Positions 57,808 to 64,000 of a DNA stretch of 64,000 nt are shown here, piece after piece. A model generated the notes under the pieces. The model saw nothing but the letters and a program-made list of their open reading frames with translations. It searched no databases and was not told the origin of the DNA. The translations under genes were made by a program, and so were the position numbers. Origin of the DNA: a virus (taxonomy: Duplodnaviria > Caudoviricetes); the IMG/VR virus record IMGVR_UViG_3300046473_000190, positions 1 to 64,000 of that record; one strand, written 5' to 3'. The first letter of the stretch is position 1; the number at the start of each line of letters is the position of its first letter.

Positions 57808-58683
57808 ATGGCCCATCCGTATAACGAGCACAGAGCGCATAAGGTCGAACACCGCCGCATGCATCTTTTTCGGGCGGCTGGCGGCGGCATTGACGAGCAC
57901 GCCGAGCGGCACGAAAAGGACGACGAGCTTGGTGAGGCCGTCAAGCGCGAGTCCAAGAAAGAGCGTGCCCAAAAGGCTCATGGCGGGGCCGTCAAGGTCC
58001 GCTTGGACAAGCGGGCTCGTGGTGGCGGCACCGGCAAGCTGGAACCGCAGAACCAACGCAAGATTAAAAAGATTTCCCCCGGAAAGCCGACCCCGCAGAT
58101 GCGAGCGGCCGGCGGCCGAGCCAAGCACAAAGGAAAAGGCAAGGGGCATACTACGGTCAATGTGGTTATGCCGCCTCATGCTGGCGGTGGCGCGCCCCCG
58201 ATGATGCCGCCCGGCGGCATGCCGCCGCCGCGGCCCCCTGTTCCTGCGGCCCCGATGGGCGCTGGGGCCCTCCCCCCTGGCGTAGCGCCTCCACCGGGTG
58301 TTCTACCGGGCGCCGCAGGTCCGCCCATGATGCCGCCCCGTCCCGGCATGCCTCCCATGATGCCTCCTCGCGGCATTGGCGGGCGCACCTATGCCAAGGG
58401 CGGGAAGATCGAGGCCGACGAGGGCGGCAAGCACAAGACGGGCGCCAAGGACGGTCCCGCTTGGAAAACCGGCATTCGGGCCGGTACGCAGCCGCATCCT
58501 CATTCCCCCGGCAAGAACGATCAGAACGACATTCGCAACACCAAGCCGATCACCTATGCCACGGGCGGTCCGGTCGAGCATCCGCTTAAGGGCGGCATGG
58601 CGCCGTTCCCCGGCGCAGGCGGCGGCTTGGGCCGCTTGAGGAAGGAACATCGGGCGGAGAAGAATTACGCTAGGCCCAAATGA
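57808..58683 (+). CDS. basic, Pro-rich disordered protein with many xxGG motifs
   Basis: RAAGG twice, KAHGG, RARGG, YAKGG, YATGG; central PPMMPP tract. Confidence 0.7.
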   Translation: MAHPYNEHRAHKVEHRRMHLFRAAGGGIDEHAERHEKDDELGEAVKRESKKERAQKAHGGAVKVRLDKRARGGGTGKLEPQNQRKIKKISPGKPTPQMRAAGGRAKHKGKGKGHTTVNVVMPPHAGGGAPPMMPPGGMPPPRPPVPAAPMGAGALPPGVAPPPGVLPGAAGPPMMPPRPGMPPMMPPRGIGGRTYAKGGKIEADEGGKHKTGAKDGPAWKTGIRAGTQPHPHSPGKNDQNDIRNTKPITYATGGPVEHPLKGGMAPFPGAGGGLGRLRKEHRAEKNYARPK

Positions 58684-58910
58684 TGTCCGAGTATCGGGAG
58701 ACCAGGTCTGCCGTTGAATTTTTCCGTCCCGACCATCCGATGATGCCGATTACGGTGCGGCAGCGGTTGGAAGAAAGACGCACGAAATACCTGTCCGATC
58801 TTGAATATGCGATGGATTGGAACGATTTCCAGAAAAGAATCGGCGTCATCAACGGGTTGGGCGAGGCCATTTCGGTGTGTGTCGAGGCCGAGGATGCGTT
58901 GCGAGGATAA
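58680..58910 (+). CDS. hypothetical protein
   Basis: DWNDFQKRIGVINGL; precedes the GroES-like gene. Confidence 0.6.
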   Translation: MMSEYRETRSAVEFFRPDHPMMPITVRQRLEERRTKYLSDLEYAMDWNDFQKRIGVINGLGEAISVCVEAEDALRG

Positions 58911-59351
58911 ATGAGCGTCACATCACATCGTAAGCTGCGCGACATAGCAGAAGCGCAGGTGGAGGGGGGCGATGTCAAGCAAGCCACACTCGCCGCGGTT
59001 GGCGATTATTCTGGCATCCGGGTCGGTCCATATCGAGTGCTGGTTGCCGTTGCCATCCGTCCCGCTAAACAAGGACTCCTATGGTTGCCCGACAAAGCGC
59101 AGGTCGAGGATCGCTTCCAGGGCAAATCCGGGTTGGTTCTCAAGGTTGGGCCGGGGGCTTTTACCGATACGGCAGCGCATAAGTTCCATGGTTTTATCGT
59201 CAAGGAAGGCGATTGGGTTGGCTTTACGGCCAGTGACGGGCGGGAAGTATTCAAAACCGACCCGGATAGTCCTTCGGATGGGACGCCGTGCCGATTGTTC
59301 TGGGATCAGGATATCAGCATGTGGCTTGAGCATCCGTTCCTGATTTATTGA
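58911..59351 (+). CDS. GroES/Cpn10-like co-chaperonin
   Basis: YRVLV..RPAKQGLLWLPDK..GLVLKVGPGAF..VKEGDWV. Confidence 0.75.
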   Translation: MSVTSHRKLRDIAEAQVEGGDVKQATLAAVGDYSGIRVGPYRVLVAVAIRPAKQGLLWLPDKAQVEDRFQGKSGLVLKVGPGAFTDTAAHKFHGFIVKEGDWVGFTASDGREVFKTDPDSPSDGTPCRLFWDQDISMWLEHPFLIY

Positions 59352-59359
59352 GGTTGTCA

Positions 59360-60400
59360 ATGGCTGACGAACCGGAAATCGAAGTTCAGATTGAGGACAA
59401 TCCACCGCCGACGTCTCAGGTGGAAGTCCCCCCTGAGAAGGCCGCAGCGGCACCAAAGACCGACCCCGTTGCCGAACTCAAGGCACAGGTCGAAACGGCC
59501 CAAGCCGAGCGGGAACGTGAACGCCAGGGACGGCAGGAAGCCGATCGCCAAGCACAGGCCGACCGTGCTGCTCGCGCTGCGGCGGAACGGGATGCCGAGA
59601 CAGTCCGCAGCGAGATTTCCGAAACGCGGTTATCGTCGGTGGATGCCGGAATTGCGGCGGCCAATGCCGAAATCGCTGCAGCGGAAAATGATTCGATCTC
59701 CGCGCAGGAAGCCGGCGACTGGAAACGGAATACAGAAGCCGTAAAGCGGCTTGCTCGTGCCGAAGCCACGCGAATGCGGCTCGAGGAGGCCAAGAGTGAT
59801 CTTGAATCCCAACGCACGTCGCTTGAGGAACGCCCGCAACGCACGCAACGGCAGGACGCTCCGGCTGCTTCATCTGATCCTGTCGAGGTATTTATTTCGG
59901 GGCGCGCATCGGAAACGCAACGATGGTTGCGTGCCCATCCAGAACACGCTCGAGCATTGGCGATGACGATAGCCGGACAGGCGTCGGTCGAGGAGCAACG
60001 GCGCAGCGCCAAGGTCAATGCGGCTCATAATGATGCCATGGGTGAGGGATTTGCGCCGGACACGCCGGAGTATTTCGCCCACGTTGAGGAGTTTCTGGGC
60101 ATGAATAAGAAGGAACCGGAGCCTGCCAAGACTGCGGCAGTTCCCAAGAAAGCGGCCGCGCTTGTCGCGCCGGTCTCATCGGCCGACGGTGGCGCGATGA
60201 ACGGCAATTCGTCCGTGGTGAAACTCAGTCAGCGGGAGGCTATGGCGGCGCAGGATGGAACGCTGATTTGGAACTATCCGGATCCCACAGGACAGAATCG
60301 CTGGAAAAAGGGCGAACCGATTGGCATTCAGGAAATGGCCCGTCGTAAGCGTGAAGGCATGAAACAGGGCCTTTATGACAAGACGTGGCTCGAGCAATGA
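59360..60400 (+). CDS. putative capsid scaffolding protein
   Basis: acidic N-terminus, long coiled coil, C-terminal KLSQRE..MA motif; position after GroES-like gene. Confidence 0.55.
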   Translation: MADEPEIEVQIEDNPPPTSQVEVPPEKAAAAPKTDPVAELKAQVETAQAERERERQGRQEADRQAQADRAARAAAERDAETVRSEISETRLSSVDAGIAAANAEIAAAENDSISAQEAGDWKRNTEAVKRLARAEATRMRLEEAKSDLESQRTSLEERPQRTQRQDAPAASSDPVEVFISGRASETQRWLRAHPEHARALAMTIAGQASVEEQRRSAKVNAAHNDAMGEGFAPDTPEYFAHVEEFLGMNKKEPEPAKTAAVPKKAAALVAPVSSADGGAMNGNSSVVKLSQREAMAAQDGTLIWNYPDPTGQNRWKKGEPIGIQEMARRKREGMKQGLYDKTWLEQ

Positions 60401-60474
60401 GCGGCAAACGCGATATATCGTGGGATGATCCTGTGTCGGCTGTCGCACCGACCCCTATGGGAATGGAGTTAATT

Positions 60475-61062
60475 ATGTCTGAAGAACAAGACACACCTGA
60501 ACGTCGTCCGAGAGGCCGTCCGCGCAATCAGACGCGAGAGACAACGCGCGGCGAAGGGGCGTTTATCGGACGCGGCGGCGAGACACTGACGCGGTCCCGC
60601 AAGGGTGGCATCGATCCATACCATGTTCCGTCCGAAATCGTCCCAGAGGGATGGTCGTACCAGTGGAATGCGGTGACGATTTACAACAATCCCGATTTGC
60701 TGGTCGGGCAGCAAATGCAGATGTCGGAAAACGGTTGGCGTCCTGTGCCCGCCGAACGGCATCCCGGCCGCTATGTGCCGTTCAACAAGACGGGCGATAT
60801 CGTTCGCGACGGCATGCGGCTTGAGGAACGCCCCATCGGCATGACGGAACAGGCAAGAGCCGAAGAAGTCGCGGCGGCCATGCAGCAAATGCGCGATCGG
60901 GACGAAAGCCTGATGGGCAGCAAGGCCAATGTCCGCGGTGCCATGAAAAACGGATTTGAGATGAACCCCGGACGCTATCGCGGCACAGGCGGTAGTTTGC
61001 GGATGAGTATTGATCCTGGCGTGGACATTCCGGCTCCAAGCCATAAAACTGTCGACAAATAA
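60475..61062 (+). CDS. conserved head-module hypothetical protein
   Basis: VPEGWSYQW..ENGWRPVPAERHP..DGMRLEERP. Confidence 0.6.
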   Translation: MSEEQDTPERRPRGRPRNQTRETTRGEGAFIGRGGETLTRSRKGGIDPYHVPSEIVPEGWSYQWNAVTIYNNPDLLVGQQMQMSENGWRPVPAERHPGRYVPFNKTGDIVRDGMRLEERPIGMTEQARAEEVAAAMQQMRDRDESLMGSKANVRGAMKNGFEMNPGRYRGTGGSLRMSIDPGVDIPAPSHKTVDK

Positions 61063-61071
61063 GAGGTTGTC

Positions 61072-62001
61072 ATGAAACTGGTTATTTCGCTGGCGACGCG
61101 CGGTCGCCCGCAGCAATTGATTGACACCCTCACCAAGGACATCGCAACGATCAGCCAGGAAAATACGGTCCTGATGGTTCAAGTCGATGCCGACGACGCG
61201 CAAACCATCATGATGCTGCGGAACATGGCGCTTGATAAGCGTGTGCAAGTCAGCGTGAAGGAGCGCGAGGACACCATTGCGGCCAAATGGAATCGGGCGC
61301 TTGAGGAACCGGCCGATCTTTATATGATCAAAGGAGATGATGATCCGCTGACGGGCAAGGATGTCGACAGCAAGCTGTTGGAGGCCGCCAAAGCTTTCCC
61401 GGACGGCCTTGGCATGGTTTATGGGCACTATGCCAACCTGTCGTTTCCCGGTGTGATGTGTGTGACGGCGGGCGTCACGGAACGGCTTCAGTGCATCATG
61501 CCGGAACATTTCCCGTATTGGTTCTGCGATCATTGGATGGACGATCTGGCGCGCATGATTGGGCGCATTGCCTTTGCCGATGTGCGGACGGATCAAAGCC
61601 AAGCCAAGCCGACACAGGAATGCCGGGAGCCGTTCTGGTGGGCGACTTGGTTTGATGCTGCGGCTGAACTTCGTCACGTTATCGCTGACGATCTTATCGC
61701 CAATCTCAAGGACGAGCCGTGGCGCAAGAAGATGTACAAGGCCAATTACCCTTGGATCGACATGCGGTCTCGTATGATTAATGACGGGGTACGCATGAAC
61801 GCACGCCAACTGGAGTGGATGAACGGCCAACCGCTGTCACTCAAGGACGAGCGGTATCAGCGAGTGAAGGAAAAGGCCATTGCGCGGGTGCCGGAAATGC
61901 TAGCGATGATGGATAAGAAGGACGAGGCGGCCAAATTCGCCGAAATCCTCTATCCGTCGCCTACCATTGCGGCCTTGCCGCGTGCCATCGGGGCCGTTTG
62001 A
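61072..62001 (+). CDS. GT-A fold (GT2-like) glycosyltransferase
   Basis: SLATRGRP, VDADD, AAKWNRA, IKGDDD (DxD-like), WFCDHW. Confidence 0.65.
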   Translation: MKLVISLATRGRPQQLIDTLTKDIATISQENTVLMVQVDADDAQTIMMLRNMALDKRVQVSVKEREDTIAAKWNRALEEPADLYMIKGDDDPLTGKDVDSKLLEAAKAFPDGLGMVYGHYANLSFPGVMCVTAGVTERLQCIMPEHFPYWFCDHWMDDLARMIGRIAFADVRTDQSQAKPTQECREPFWWATWFDAAAELRHVIADDLIANLKDEPWRKKMYKANYPWIDMRSRMINDGVRMNARQLEWMNGQPLSLKDERYQRVKEKAIARVPEMLAMMDKKDEAAKFAEILYPSPTIAALPRAIGAV

Positions 62002-62148
62002 TGAATTGGCGTTCGGCTGAGAGCGATCCCCCTCCGCGGTATGCCGTTGTCGAGGTCAGTCGCGACAGGATAAAGACTTTGGACACGCTAATTTACAATC
62101 CACAGACCGAAAACTGGAACTTAAAGGGTCTTTATTGGCGATATCCAG

Positions 62149-63522
62149 ATGCACGGGCCGCTTAAGGATAGGCTTGTACTTTGCCATGGGTGCTTTGACC
62201 TATTGCATTTGGGTCATATACGCCATTTGCAGGAGGCAAGAGCCCTTGGTGATCGTCTGATTGTCAGCGTGACGGCGGATCGGCACGTTCAAAAGGGCCT
62301 AGGACGCCCGCATTTCAGCGAAAATGAGCGTGTCGAGGCGCTAAAGGCGCTGGATTGCGTGGACGATGCCTTTGTGTGCCAGTTTGGGACGGGCGCGGAG
62401 GTGATCGAGGCCATTCGGCCTGCCGTTTACTGCAAGGGCATTGATTACGCCGATCAGGTGGCTACGAATCCCTATACGCAGGCTGAAATTGCTACGGTAA
62501 CCGCTTATGGCGGCGAGTTTCACGTCACCAAGGCGCAGAAGTACTCGTCGTCGCGGCTGTTGAACGCGCAACGGCTGTCATCCGAGGCGGCGGAATATCT
62601 AGCGGGCGTTCGCAGTAGGGGGTTTCTCTCCGAAATCAAGGATGCGATGGCAAAAGCCGACGAATTGACCATCGGCTTTGTCGGGGAACAGATCATCGAC
62701 GAATATCGCTATGTCAGAGCCCTTGGGAAGCCTTCCAAGGAGTTTATTCTGGCTACGGTGGCGGACCACACCGAGCAATACAACGGCGGCGTAGAGGCCG
62801 CAGCGGCCCAATGTGAGTGGCGCGGGGCAAAAATCGTAACGGCGGGGGAACCGCTGACCAAGGTTCGGTATGTCGATGCGGATTTCAACAAGAAGCTGTT
62901 CGAGGTTTATTCGGGTCATAGTGTCGGTCTCGAGGGCGCTGCTCGTGATACCTTTCGCAGTCTGTTATGGGATGCTGTTCGTACTTGTGATTTACTGGTG
63001 GTCTTTGATTTCGGCCATGGCTTGTTTGGGGCAATTGAACGGGCGCAAATCAACGAAGCGCGGTGCGTTGCCGTCAACGTACAGACGAACGCCGGGAACG
63101 TAGGATTCAATCCCGTGGTCAAGTATCAGCAGGCTAACTTGGTCTGCATTGACGAACCGGAAGCACGGTTTGCGACGCGGCGGCAGTGGGAACCGATGAT
63201 TGACGTGCTTGGGGGTTTGTCGAGGCACTTCATGGGTGCTAAAATCATGGTGACACATGGACGACAAGGCGCAGTCGTTTGGAATGACTTGGCGCAATGC
63301 ATCACACAAATCCCAGCTTTTGCTACTCAAAACGCTGATACAATTGGTGCCGGAGACGCCTTTCTTTCGGCCGCTGCACCGCTGGTTGCTGTGGGCCTTG
63401 ACTCGGAGATTGCTGCGTTCGTTGGCAATGTGGCAGGTGCGCTCAAAACACAAATTATCGGACATCGACGGCATGTTACGCGAACCGAACTGATGACGAA
63501 TGTGGAGGCGTTGTTGGCATGA
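62149..63522 (+). CDS. bifunctional cytidylyltransferase / PfkB-family sugar kinase (HldE/RfaE-like, reversed domain order)
   Basis: HGCFDLLHLGHIRHL (HxGH), YCKGIDY; DFGHG, DTIGAGDAF. Confidence 0.85.
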   Translation: MHGPLKDRLVLCHGCFDLLHLGHIRHLQEARALGDRLIVSVTADRHVQKGLGRPHFSENERVEALKALDCVDDAFVCQFGTGAEVIEAIRPAVYCKGIDYADQVATNPYTQAEIATVTAYGGEFHVTKAQKYSSSRLLNAQRLSSEAAEYLAGVRSRGFLSEIKDAMAKADELTIGFVGEQIIDEYRYVRALGKPSKEFILATVADHTEQYNGGVEAAAAQCEWRGAKIVTAGEPLTKVRYVDADFNKKLFEVYSGHSVGLEGAARDTFRSLLWDAVRTCDLLVVFDFGHGLFGAIERAQINEARCVAVNVQTNAGNVGFNPVVKYQQANLVCIDEPEARFATRRQWEPMIDVLGGLSRHFMGAKIMVTHGRQGAVVWNDLAQCITQIPAFATQNADTIGAGDAFLSAAAPLVAVGLDSEIAAFVGNVAGALKTQIIGHRRHVTRTELMTNVEALLA

Positions 63523-63896
63523 CACTGATAGCAAAACGTTCCCTCTTGGCCGGGATGATGTCGCTATTGGGTGCTCCGGCCATTGTCCATGCCCAAAACA
63601 TCATGCCGGTGAAGAAGCCGTCGTTGGCTTTGCCGTTGGATTATGAGTTGTTAGCTGCGGATTTTATATTGCCCTATGATGTGGTTTTGCGCCTTGGTGG
63701 TGGGGATGGTGCCGCAGGGCGTCGGTTGCTTGACCGCTGGATTGCTGGCGTACAAAGCGTTATTGAGGCGGAGCGTCGGCAGCAGGCGGACTTGCGCGAA
63801 GTGCTTGACATGGTCAACGGCACCGCCGGATACGGGAAGGCAGTGGGCGGGTGGAATATGGCAGGGACGGTGAAGGTGTATGACATGAAGACTTGA
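63519..63896 (+). CDS. hypothetical protein with Tat-like N-terminal signature
   Basis: KRSLLAGMMSLLGAPAIVHAQNIMPVK. Confidence 0.55.
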   Translation: MTLIAKRSLLAGMMSLLGAPAIVHAQNIMPVKKPSLALPLDYELLAADFILPYDVVLRLGGGDGAAGRRLLDRWIAGVQSVIEAERRQQADLREVLDMVNGTAGYGKAVGGWNMAGTVKVYDMKT

Positions 63897-64000
63897 ACGA
63901 GGCGTCTATGTGGTCCCCTCCAGATGAAGCCTCGTCCAGCAGGGGCGGGCGGCAGCGCCGAACAACGCAGCCGTCCGCCACTTGACACCGGATAAAGGAT

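Noticed and set aside
58911-59351. GroES without GroEL as a novelty
   Set aside because: Phage-encoded co-chaperonins acting with host GroEL (T4 gp31 type) are well established.
1-64000. tRNA/rRNA genes, IS elements, integrase/att sites
   Set aside because: I saw no T-loop/CCA cloverleaf, transposase or integrase motifs by eye; tRNAscan-SE would be needed to exclude tRNAs firmly.

Overview
The whole window is tailed-phage DNA, most consistent with a podovirus-like phage of an Alphaproteobacterium (GcrA homologue, DUF3597-like protein). Head, tail and ejection genes occupy 0.1-30 kb and a lysis/membrane cluster 30-36.5 kb. Small regulatory and recombination genes lie at 36.5-45 kb (GcrA, GIY-YIG-MTase fusion, metallophosphoesterase, ERF, YqaJ exonuclease, HNH). 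An array of mini-gene cassettes sits at 45.4-47.5 kb. Terminase, portal, GroES-like and scaffold genes, with interspersed glycan-chemistry genes, fill 47.6-64 kb. Gene order at the right end appears to lead back into the capsid operon at the left end, so the window may be a near-complete circularly permuted genome. I recognised no integrase, DNA polymerase, primase, tRNA or CRISPR array. Strongest leads: (1) about 11 unrelated mini-genes joined by near-identical 41-45 bp hairpin+RBS junctions and three ~99 bp promoter/operator repeats; (2) a GT41 (OGT/SPINDLY-like) glycosyltransferase beside a 1420-aa, almost charge-free Ser/Thr repeat protein, plus GT2-like, FkbM and cytidylyltransferase/PfkB genes in the head module, suggesting virion glycosylation; (3) a HiPIP-like 4-Cys domain fused to a putative ejection protein; (4) a recurring basic-x-x-Gly-Gly motif in several head-associated proteins. 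All protein family calls are by eye from motifs; no database search was run.
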